DNA of 64,000 bases from the IMG/VR virus record IMGVR_UViG_3300008267_000012, one strand, 5' to 3'. The notes under the pieces were generated by a model that was not told the origin of the DNA, ran no database searches, and saw only the letters and a program-made list of their open reading frames with translations. A program made the translations under genes and the position numbers. How positions within the stretch are numbered: position 1 is the stretch's first letter; each line of letters starts with the position of its first letter. This DNA comes from a virus. Taxonomy: Duplodnaviria > Caudoviricetes. Positions 39,697-50,700 of this stretch are shown one piece after another.

Positions 39697-42600
39697 TTAG
39701 TCGTTTGGTATGAATGTTATTTGATTAACTTCATGGTATACTACACCTGCTCTATTTATTGCATATGCTCTAGCATATATATAATTACCAAGTTCATTAT
39801 TAAAATCAACATTATATGTACCACTACCTATTATATTACCAAATATATTACCAAAATTTAGTTTATTATCAGCAATTGTTGGATTTGGTGTCAATGACCA
39901 AACAATACCAAACTCTGTAACTGTTGAACTACCTGAACTTGCTAATGTAACATCAAAATCAACTGTACCATTTCCATTTACCGTATAATCATCTAAATAG
40001 ACAGTTGGTTTAAATCCAACATAACTTTTTATTTCTATTGTTGTATTAAATAATAAACCATCATAATTATAATTATTTGCCCCATCATATGCACTAGCCG
40101 AAAGATAAACAAAATCATCAATTTTACTTTCTGAATAAATAGCTGAAAAAAGTGATAGAGATACAAACGGATAAAAATCATAAGGTGTTAATTGTGAAGT
40201 AACAATAGATGTTTTTTCTCTTGGGAATGTTTGATTTCCACCACTAAAATATGCACCATATGCACCTTCTCCACCAAATGGATTAAGTACCCAAACAATT
40301 TCATCATCAAAACTATTTTCTAAAACATTAACTACTAGCGTTGGTGCTTCTACTGTTAATAAAGAACCGTTTGACCAATTTGTTGGATATCTTCCTGTTG
40401 CTACAAATTGTTCTTCTGTTTGATTATTGGTTGCTCCAATATTTAAGAAATCATCACCTGCTACATAAGAAAGTATTTTGTATGTTTCTCCAACAATTAA
40501 TCCTTGATATGGTAAAGATGTTATGTTTTGTGGTGGTATGTGTGTTAATAATGCTCTATATGTTCTATAACCATTATCAAATCTACCTTCTACATTTACA
40601 CTATTTTCGTTAATGTAGAAAATATCGCTTTTATTTTCATATGTACCATTACCAACAACCATTAATGAATCAGTATTTCCTGATTTATTAAATTTACCTG
40701 ATGCATGTTGATAATCCTTTGTTGTTATTGTTCCCAAACCTTCAGCATGTGAATAATTACCTAATGTTAGTGTACCACTACCTTCTGTGTGCGAACCTGT
40801 ACCAAGAGCCTGTGTTGCTATACCTTCAGCATGTGATGCATCACCAATTGAGTAAGTAGCACCTCTTGGATTAATATTGTATGGCAAATAAATATAAGAA
40901 GAACCATTCAATGTTAAATTATCAAATACTACGGTTGTATATCCTGACTCAAATGTTGATGCTGATATTGTAGCTATAACTCCACCATAAGTATTACTAT
41001 CCTGTCTATCATCAAATATGATTGGACTACTAGCTACGAAAACATCTGTTAAGTCTTGCGTTTCATTTTCATTTAATACTGCAATACCATTTACTACATT
41101 TGTACTTCTATATCCTCTAGCACCTGCTAAATTCATTATACCTTCTGTATGTGATGCCATACCAGCTGCAATTGCACCACCCATGCCTGTAGAACCTTCA
41201 GCATGGGAATAATCACCAATTGATTGTGTATTATAACCTTCTGAATGTGACCCTGTACCAATTGCTCCTGTACTATCGCCTTCAGCATGTGAATTTGAAC
41301 CAAATGTTGTTGTTCTATATCCTTCTGCATGTGAATTTGAACCAAATGTTTGTGTTTCACTACCTTCAGCATGTGATGCAAATCCAAATCTTTCATAATT
41401 ATTTCCATCGGGCCATGTTTGCTCATTTTCTATTCTAGAAAATCTTGGATTATAAATATAAATATCTTCACCAATTAAATATGATGAAAATGCTGAACCT
41501 GCTGTTATAAATGTATTAGTACCATCAAAACCTAGTGTTGTTGACCCTAAATTATTATATTCAATAGTTGTTTGAGTTTTATAATAGTATTTTAAATCAC
41601 CAGGATTAAGATTGTAAAAAGATATTGAATTTGTTAAATCACCAAAACCACTATCTAATCTTAAAGTTGTTGCATCAACTACATTCGCAGGAATTGCATT
41701 TATACCTGCTTTTGTATTTTCACCTTCAGCATGTGAATTATCATGATTAGCTTGTGTTTCAGAACCTTCAGCATGTGATGCAGTACCTGCTGCTTGTGTT
41801 ATTACACCTTCAGCATGTGAATGATTACCTAATGCAGCAGTTTTTCTACCTTCTGAATGTGAATTATTACCAATTGCAACAGTAAAAGAACCTTCTGAAT
41901 GACTGTAATAATAATTATCAGAATCTAATCTAAAAAGTACACCAATATCGTTTAAATTACCATTTAAACCACAAAATACATTACTACTAATATTTGATGC
42001 ACTTCCTAATGTCATTGTTTTAGCAGTATAATCTATGGATTTAATATATGTTCTTGTCAATTGATTATAATTTCCACCTGCACTTCTAACATAAGCAACA
42101 AGATTACCTACATTAAAGTTTGCAGTATTTGTAACTGTGATAGTTTCAGTATTTCCATCAACTGCTGTTATATAAGTATAGTAAGTTGGTGTAAATGTTG
42201 CACTACCTTCAGCATGTGAACCTTCACCTAAAGCAAATGTTTCATAACCTTCGGCATGTGAATATACACCATGTGCCTCTGAATAATATCCTTCAGCATG
42301 TGATGCATAATTATATGCTTTTGTGTTACTACCTTCGGAATGTGATGCAAATCCATCTGAAAATGTTGAATCACCTTCAGCATGTGAAAATCCTCCTATT
42401 GCCATCGTTCCTATACCTTCAGGATGTGAACCTTCACCTAAAGCTATTGTAAATGCACCTTCAGAATGTGAACTCTCACCTCCTGCAATAGTAAAGTATC
42501 CTTCAGAATGTTGATTATTAGTGAATGGAATTATATGAGTTGATTCAAGTGAAGCGCAAGCAATTAATGCTTCAGTTGTATTTATACTAGTATTTTGAAG

Positions 42601-43851
42601 ATATATTGTATATGTCTGTGCTGATGGAATATATGTTGTTGATGAGATTGAAAAATAAGAACGACCATATTCATCATCATAAGCTGAATCATCTAATATA
42701 ATATATTCTCTATTATCTTTTTCTATAATTATAAAATCATTTTGTTGATTTGAATCAATATTTTCTATGGTGATTGCACCATTAATAATACTTGAACTAT
42801 AAAATGCTCTTAAACCTGTTTGAGTATATCCACCTTCAGCATGTGAATAATCACTAAGTGCATTTACACTTACACCTTCAGCAGTAGAATATGTACCTAC
42901 TGTGCTTGAACCAAAACCTTCAGTAAAATAATAAGTTGTTTCTAAAGATGTTGAAAAAACAAGTATTGATTTATCGTTATCAATATCATAAATTATATCC
43001 GTTATGGTTGGTAAATCATAATAGTATTTATTTAAGCTAAAAGAATCAGGTCCATTTGAAATATAAAAACTAGTTGTTTGAATTGGTAATTCAGGTATTA
43101 AACTTGAAAAATCACCATTTAATGTAAATGCTGATGTTGTAGATGAAAATAAACTTGGTGTTATAAACTGATTATTATATGAAGAATCTGTATAACTAAA
43201 TTCAAAATAATTAATAGAACCTGAACCTATAATATTTACTGCTGTACCTGTATAAACTGCAAAGTCAGAAGCTTGATTAAAACCACTACCACTTATAGTA
43301 CCTCCACTTGAAGGTCCAAATGACCAATTAAGATAATGTCTTTCATAAACAGGTAATGTTTGTCCTGATGGTGGTCCTGCAATAACTTTACCATTAATTT
43401 GCCAAGCATTACCAATACCAAACATTTCAGAAATCTGAATTGTTGCACTATTTGATGCATTACCTGCATATGTTATTTGTAATAAAGCATTTTTAGGGGA
43501 TTGTTGTAATGCAGCCCACCAAGTATTTCTACTTGTAGATGATGTATCACCGTTATTTACTTTAATTTTTAATAAATTATTTGGATTTAATGTATTACTA
43601 GTTAATCCTGAAAATAATTCAATATTAAAATACATATCACTTGGAGTAGGTTTATTACCAGGTGTTATTGGTTCACCTAATAACCAAATATATCCTTGAT
43701 TTGAACTTGTTCCTCCACTACTTATTACTGTTGTTTCGCCAACATAAATTGTTGTTGCACAAAGTACACCAACAAATTTTACATCACTATTAATTTCTAA
43801 ACTTGTATCAGGAGTTGCTGTTTGTATTGAATTTACCTTTAGTACGCTCAT
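39697..43851 (-). CDS. Tail fibre/adhesin with YadA-head-like (Hep/Hag) SHAEG repeats
   Basis: Four blocks of 14-aa xSH(A/S/T)EG repeats separated by unique segments; MSVLKVNSIQ phage-fibre start. Confidence 0.8.
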   Translation of the reverse strand: MSVLKVNSIQTATPDTSLEINSDVKFVGVLCATTIYVGETTVISSGGTSSNQGYIWLLGEPITPGNKPTPSDMYFNIELFSGLTSNTLNPNNLLKIKVNNGDTSSTSRNTWWAALQQSPKNALLQITYAGNASNSATIQISEMFGIGNAWQINGKVIAGPPSGQTLPVYERHYLNWSFGPSSGGTISGSGFNQASDFAVYTGTAVNIIGSGSINYFEFSYTDSSYNNQFITPSLFSSTTSAFTLNGDFSSLIPELPIQTTSFYISNGPDSFSLNKYYYDLPTITDIIYDIDNDKSILVFSTSLETTYYFTEGFGSSTVGTYSTAEGVSVNALSDYSHAEGGYTQTGLRAFYSSSIINGAITIENIDSNQQNDFIIIEKDNREYIILDDSAYDDEYGRSYFSISSTTYIPSAQTYTIYLQNTSINTTEALIACASLESTHIIPFTNNQHSEGYFTIAGGESSHSEGAFTIALGEGSHPEGIGTMAIGGFSHAEGDSTFSDGFASHSEGSNTKAYNYASHAEGYYSEAHGVYSHAEGYETFALGEGSHAEGSATFTPTYYTYITAVDGNTETITVTNTANFNVGNLVAYVRSAGGNYNQLTRTYIKSIDYTAKTMTLGSASNISSNVFCGLNGNLNDIGVLFRLDSDNYYYSHSEGSFTVAIGNNSHSEGRKTAALGNHSHAEGVITQAAGTASHAEGSETQANHDNSHAEGENTKAGINAIPANVVDATTLRLDSGFGDLTNSISFYNLNPGDLKYYYKTQTTIEYNNLGSTTLGFDGTNTFITAGSAFSSYLIGEDIYIYNPRFSRIENEQTWPDGNNYERFGFASHAEGSETQTFGSNSHAEGYRTTTFGSNSHAEGDSTGAIGTGSHSEGYNTQSIGDYSHAEGSTGMGGAIAAGMASHTEGIMNLAGARGYRSTNVVNGIAVLNENETQDLTDVFVASSPIIFDDRQDSNTYGGVIATISASTFESGYTTVVFDNLTLNGSSYIYLPYNINPRGATYSIGDASHAEGIATQALGTGSHTEGSGTLTLGNYSHAEGLGTITTKDYQHASGKFNKSGNTDSLMVVGNGTYENKSDIFYINENSVNVEGRFDNGYRTYRALLTHIPPQNITSLPYQGLIVGETYKILSYVAGDDFLNIGATNNQTEEQFVATGRYPTNWSNGSLLTVEAPTLVVNVLENSFDDEIVWVLNPFGGEGAYGAYFSGGNQTFPREKTSIVTSQLTPYDFYPFVSLSLFSAIYSESKIDDFVYLSASAYDGANNYNYDGLLFNTTIEIKSYVGFKPTVYLDDYTVNGNGTVDFDVTLASSGSSTVTEFGIVWSLTPNPTIADNKLNFGNIFGNIIGSGTYNVDFNNELGNYIYARAYAINRAGVVYHEVNQITFIPND
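40700..42900 (-). repeat. 42-bp-period coding repeats (CCTTCAGCATGTGA core on the plus strand)
   Basis: Roughly 20-25 SHAEG-type units visible in the protein. Confidence 0.8.
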
Positions 43852-43869
43852 CTTTTTTTCTTTAATTAG

Positions 43870-44172
43870 TTATAATATTGTTAAAACTGAATTTTGAGGT
43901 ACACTTATTGTTACCCCTGACGCTAATGTTATTGTTGGTCCAATTATCAAAGCATTTGAATTTTGAGGTATTTGAATACTTTCTGTATAAACCTGTGGAT
44001 TACTATAAAAATTGGCTGAAACATTCATAAATGGTTCAGCAGTTGCTAAAGTATTGGCTAAATTATCAACTGTGACATTATAAGTTGAATTACCTTCTTG
44101 TGCAGGTAACGCAGTATTTAATGTTGGTGTAATTAAATTGGGTAATTGGGTAATTGTTTTTCCTGTTATCAT
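43870..44172 (-). CDS. Short fibre adaptor-like protein
   Basis: TITQLP N-terminus and GPTITLASGVTISVP C-terminal motif typical of phage fibre modules. Confidence 0.55.
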   Translation of the reverse strand: MITGKTITQLPNLITPTLNTALPAQEGNSTYNVTVDNLANTLATAEPFMNVSANFYSNPQVYTESIQIPQNSNALIIGPTITLASGVTISVPQNSVLTIL

Positions 44173-44173
44173 T

Positions 44174-44704
44174 TTATGTAAATTTTAAGTATTGATTTTC
44201 ACCAACTTTTATATACTCATTACCAATCCCTGTTAAGATTGCATCATATATATCCACTTCAATCGGTGGAGGTTGTGGAGGTTGTGGTGCATTTGTTTGT
44301 GTAATTGTTGATGTTTTTGTAAATGATGGTAAAACTTCAATATCAAGCTGATAACTCAATGGTATAACTATTGTCTTTTGCTCACCATATTTTTCAAAAA
44401 TAATTTTAAACTCACCCTTATATTTACCTGGTTTTGAAGTATCCTTTTTGGTAAATTTATATTGAATTGTAAAGTCAATAATTTCTCTGCAAGTATCTTC
44501 TTGATTTAATTGTGTATTAGTTTTTGTTTCAACATTTACAATAGCACTTTTATCATGTACCTTATAACATCCTCTATTATCAACCATTGAAAATAAAACA
44601 GTAGCATTCTGAATTATATCCACTAATTCATAAAAATTCCTACCTTTATAAGGTTTTAATTCCAATATTGGTAGTTCGCTATTTTGTTTTATTGAAAAAT
44701 CCAT
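44174..44704 (-). CDS. BppU-like baseplate/fibre attachment domain protein
   Basis: FSIKQNSELPIL...IQYKFTKKDTSKPGKYKGEFKIIF. Confidence 0.65.
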   Translation of the reverse strand: MDFSIKQNSELPILELKPYKGRNFYELVDIIQNATVLFSMVDNRGCYKVHDKSAIVNVETKTNTQLNQEDTCREIIDFTIQYKFTKKDTSKPGKYKGEFKIIFEKYGEQKTIVIPLSYQLDIEVLPSFTKTSTITQTNAPQPPQPPPIEVDIYDAILTGIGNEYIKVGENQYLKFT

Positions 44705-47700
44705 TTATTTAAGTTTTCTAAAGCCGTATCTATCAGAGAAGTAATTATAGTTCTTTTTAATTTCAGGGAATGGTAAATCAATATCATACATTCTAAGTCT
44801 TTGTATCTTTCCATAGAATGAACCATCAAAATTCTCTTCAATAACAGATTTAATTCCTCTATTGTATAATATTTCAGTACTGATAGTATAAGAAGTTGTT
44901 CCTGTAAGGTCAACTACATCATATTCACGGAATGAAATATCATCAAAGTAAAAGTTATAGTAAGATGTTATTGCTGTTGAATTTTCAAACTTAATAATAG
45001 GTGTATAAGATGTATATGCATTTATTTCGCTTGGTGTTACAAAATCAATTGATAAATAAGTCCATGTATTTGCAGAACTAATTGTATTATAAGTTGTAGT
45101 TGTTAATACCTCAATTTCAGAATCTAATGGATTAGTAAAATCAAAATAAATACCCTTTTCTTCATTTGGTAAAAATCCATTATCATCATAAAAATAACCA
45201 CTTAATATATATCTCTTTTTAGGTTTTATTTCTAAAGGATTTTCAAATATTAATAAATTATTTGTTAATGAAGTAAATGTGGTTGCTGTTGATGATGTAA
45301 TAGAATCAGGTATTAAATTATACTCACTAAAAGTATAGTTATCAATAAAGAATTTATAACTTTCTGTTATTGCTGTAATATTACCTACTTTTATAACAGG
45401 AGTATAAATTGTAAATGATGATAATACTTCAGGTGTTGTAAACTCAACACTTAAATCAACCCAAGCATTTGATAAAACACTATCATTATATGTGATTGAT
45501 GTTAAGATAATATTTTCACCTGATAATGTAGGTTCAAAATCAAAATAAATATTCTTTGATTCTCCACTTAAATAACTATTATTATCGTAGAATTTAGTTG
45601 AAACTGTATATTTTTTAGCAGGATTAATATTTATATCTTCAAATTTAAAGATATTATCCGTTAAGGATGAATATGTTAAGCCTGTAACAATATCTTGTTC
45701 ATATAATTTAAAATCATCAAACTTAAATCCATAAATTGATGGGAAGCAATCACCAAAATCAACATTTACACCTAATGTATAAGAAGTTGCTCCTGTGATT
45801 ATTGATGGTGTTTTAATTTCTGTTCTAAGTGTATACCAAGTATTGAAAGAATCTGAATTTGTGTATGCTGTTTTTCCAAGAAGTTCATGTTCTGAATCTA
45901 AATTCAAGAAATCTATATCAACATACTTGTATGTACTTGTAAAACTAAAGAAATCATTAAATCTTGTTTCAAGAATATATACTTTACTTGGATTTATTGG
46001 TTTTTGGTCAGTAAAAGTAAAGATTGTATTAGATGGTGAATTAAATGTATTACCTGTAAGGTCGGTATTTCTTACATTTAAAATAAATGCAGATGGATTA
46101 CCAACTTCACTAAATGGTAGTGTTTCTAATGTTCCATCAACTAAATCAATTGTAATACCTGATGTAATTCCAACTGTATGTCCACTATCTTCAAATTCAC
46201 CAAAATTAGCATCATTTAATGTTAATGTGTTTGATGTATATTGAGTTATAACAAGTGGTGGTAATGCAAGTTTAAGTGAACTATTTCCTGAGAAATATTG
46301 CTCTGTTGATACTTCTAGTATTGAATTTATTGTTTCGCTTGATACATTTTCAGTTGAGGATTCAAATGTTTTACTATAGCCTGTATTATAAACATAACTA
46401 AATCCTGTTAATGAAAGCACAGGTAATAAATTATATTCTTCAGTATAAATATCATCAAAATAAAACTTATAACTTTGATTTATACCTGATGGATTATCAA
46501 CAAATACATATGGTGTATATGATGTGTTACCTGTTATTTGTGTTGGTGTATTAAATTCAATTTTTAAATCATTCCAAACACCTGAAGTTGTTGATGTTGT
46601 GTAAGTTAAGGATGAAACAAATATATGTTCAGAATCTAATGGTGGTAAGAATCCTATATAAACACCTTTTGTTTCTCCTGTATTGTAACTATTATCATCA
46701 AAAAATTTAGCACTAACAGCATATTTTTTATTAATTTCAGGTGTAAAACTTGATAATGTCAATAATGAATTTGTTATTGAACTAAATGTAAAAGATGTAA
46801 ATCCACTTAAAGGATAATTTGTAATTGTAAAATTATCAAAATAAAATTTATAATTTGAACTTATTCCACTCTTATTATATAATTTTGCAACAGGAGTATA
46901 TGTTGTAGAGCCTGTTAAAGCACTAGGAGTTATAAACTCCAATGATAAATCAACCCAAGTTTGAGAAGAAGTTGTAGTAGTATATGTTAAAGATGATATA
47001 ATTATATTCTCAGAGTCTAATCCGTTAAGAATTTCTAGTATTACACCCTTTTCTTCATTTGGTAAATAACTATTGTCATCATAAAATTGAGTATTTAGGG
47101 AATATTTTGTATCGCTTGTTATTGTAAACGAACTAAAATTAACTAAAATATCTGTTGTTGATGACAATGTAAATGAAGTATAAGTATCAATCGTTTCATA
47201 TGATAAATAATAGTTATCAAAGAAAAAATTATAACCTTGATTATTAATAGTTAAAGATGTAACAGTCTCACCGCTTGTTCCACCTGTAAAAATTAAAGTT
47301 GTTGATGATGGTTCAGCTAATTCATTTTCATAATCAATACTTGTTGAAAATTTATAAATACTATTACCAGTCATTATTGGTGGTGTTTTAAACACATATC
47401 TTAATTTTGTCCAAGTATTTGCTGATGTTGTAGATGTATATGTTTCAGCGGATAAAATAAGAATTTCAGGGTCTAATGTAGGAATCGTATCTAAATAAAT
47501 ACTTTTATTTGAACCTGTCCAAGTTTGTGCAATATTTTGTGTATATGCTGAATAATTAATTACATCTCCACTAGCATTTGTTCCTGTATAAGCAGTTACA
47601 AATACAGTTTGACCTGTAGCCGTATAGTCATATGTGTAACCTTCATAATAATAATATGCGTTTGGTAATAATGTAATATTATTTACAAAATAAAATAAGT

Positions 47701-50700
47701 TTTTATCAATACTAAAGAATGGAGCATAGCTATCTTGTTGTGGATATGGTGCAACTCTAAGACTTACTGAACCACTTAATACAGGATATACTTCATAAAA
47801 ATATGCTGCCGTATTATTTGTGTTAATTCCATTGGATAAAAATTCAAATGTACCACTATTACCATTTGTAATAACATTACCTGTGTAGACAGTAAGACCT
47901 GTAGTTACTGTGATACCTGAAGCATCACCAAATAATTTCAATGATGTTGAACTTGTAAAATATTGATTTGAAAATTGTTCTGTGCTTGATGTTAAAGTTG
48001 CTGCACTTATTTCTGTTGTAAATCCACTTATACTACCTTCAAAATCATATAATATTGTACCTGCTGAAACATATTCATATATTGTTTTAGTGGATGATGA
48101 TGAGGCAGATAAAATTAATGAACTCAATCCTGAAAAAGTTTGAGCAGTTGTTGATGTAATTACGACATCTAAGACATCTGTAGTTACACCGCTAATACTA
48201 GTTTCAAAATCAATTGTATATGAAGAGTTAAAAAAATATGTATAACTTGTTGCATAACCAGTTAAATAGGTTATTGATGTAATTGGGTCAAGAGGTTTTA
48301 ATTTTAAAGAATAATTACCTGAATGTGTAAGTGCTGTGCTTGAGTCTATTATAATATCAATAACATCACTTGTAATACCTGTTATATTATTTTCAAAAGT
48401 TCCATTATCACCATTTAAGAAATAATTTGTATTTCCTGATACATTGTATTGTTCAAATACAAAATCATCAAAAATAAATTTATAATCAATTGAAATACCT
48501 GTTGGATTTACAAATTTAATTACAGGTAAATAACTTGTATTTCCTGTTATTACGGATGGACTTAGAAAGTCTAATTGTAAATCAGTCCAAGTTTGACTTG
48601 GTGTTGTTGTCGTATATGTTAAAGAAGATATAACTATATTTTCAGAATCTAATCCACCTGAGAATGTTAAATAAACACCTTTAGTTTCTCCTGAATTATA
48701 ACTATTGTCATCGTAAAATTTACCTTTGTAAACGTATTTCCTATCAGGAATAATATTTACAGGATTAAATATCAATAAGTTATCACCTGTTGCGCTAAAT
48801 GTAAGTCCTGATGTTGAAATAACAGTTTCTAAAATGCTAGGTGAATATTCAATTACTGAGATTTCATCAAAATAAAATTTATAATCATTAACTAAATCAA
48901 ATATAAAACCAACTTCAATAGATGGTAGATAATTTGTAATACCTGTAATTGCTGATGGAGTTGTAAATTCTAATTTTAAATCAACCCATTTTCTTTTTTC
49001 AACAGTATTGTCATATGTTACTGCTGTTAATACTGTATTTTCAGGGTCTAATCCACCTTGAAAACTTAAAAATACTGATTTGTTATTACCTGTAAAACTA
49101 TTATCATCATAAAACTTAGCAGTATAAATATATCTAGAATTTGGATTAACTGTTATACCTGTTGTACCAAACATTGGTGTTGGTAAAGTATTAATTAATA
49201 ACAAATTATTAGTATCCGATGTGTATGATAATGTAGATGCGCTAGAATTACTTAATTTAAGTGTTGTTTCACATTGATATGGATGGTCAGCACTTATTTC
49301 AAGTAATCCATTATAGACTTCAGTAATTACATTTCCAGCTTGATAAATATCATTTATTAAATTTGTACTTGCACTAATGGTTGTTGAACTAACTACTGTG
49401 GTTGGATTTACATTCATTAATAAGACAGAATTATCTTGAGATAAAACCGTACTAAATAAATTATATAAAACATCGGTAGTTGCACCTGTTGTCGCAGCAC
49501 TAAGAGTATTTGTATCGCCATATTCTATTTGACTCGTACCACCTGTTATTTGCACATCGTATTCATCAAATGTAAAACTATCAAAATATAATTCATAAAA
49601 TCTTGTTCCTGCCGTTAAATCTTCAATTTTTACAGCAGGTGTATATGCCGTTAAACCTGTAATAACTTGTGGAGTTTGAAATTCAAAAATTATATTAGAC
49701 CAGGTATTTGGTAAGTCCTCAGTTGTTAAATATGTATGTGATGTGATTACGGTTATTTCTGAATCTAAATTTTCAATAAACCCAAGAGATATTTCATTTA
49801 TATAACAATTAAAGCTATCATGGTCATATAAATTAGCTGCATAAATATATCTTTTATTAGGATTTATTGAAATTGGTTGTGTGAATCTTAATAGATTATC
49901 TGTTATTGAACTAAATGTAGATGCTGTATAGTCATTATAAGTTAATAATAATGAACCACTTCCTGAATAAACTTGAGTTGAACTGCTTAATAATAAACTA
50001 TTTACTAAATCTGTACTTACATTATTAATTGCGGTTTCAAATGTACCAAAATCACCATCATTAAATAAAGTTTGACCTGTTACTAATGTGTAAGAGTAGC
50101 CACTTAAATTTTCAATACTGTAACCACTTTGATAAATAAAATCTCTACCTGTAATAATATTTTCAGTTACAGTTGCTGATGAGAATGCATCAACATATGA
50201 ATGTTTTAATCCCCAAGTACCCCCACCCCAATTTATTGTATATGGAATTCCAATTTGTCTATCAGCATCAATGCTTAATGGTCTTAACCAAAAGAATTCT
50301 TCTGTGTTATCAACTTCATGAAATAATTTACCATTTACATAAATCTTAAAGAATCCATCTCTTCTTGAAACACAATCAATTAAATTATCACCTTCAAAAT
50401 CTTTAATTTTTTTACAATATCTAAAGGTGGTAACAATATTTGTCCAACCTGTAGTTAATATTGGATTATCACTTTTATATTCAGTTACAAAGCCTGATGT
50501 TACTAAATATCTTAATGATATTGTTTTATCATCGTTGAATTTTAAACCTGCTGCATTATATTCAATATCAGGTAAATAACTATTTGTATCATATGTTATT
50601 TTTGATGTATCATCATTTGCCCCTGAAAATGCAATATTGAATTTATTTTCAGATTTAGCACCTAAATATAAAAAGAAACCATCTGTAAATGAATTAATAT

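Noticed and set aside
40341-42514. Short repetitive ORFs such as LQHVNL... and PSACE...
   Set aside because: They are alternative-frame or antisense readings of the SHAEG repeats
5332-48000. Many plus-strand ORFs in the track (e.g. 5332, 10781, 11498, 13042, 14896, 16582, 19985, 25359, 26210, 32550, 33180, 35036, 45795)
   Set aside because: They are antisense shadows of long minus-strand genes, with no motifs and no upstream signals
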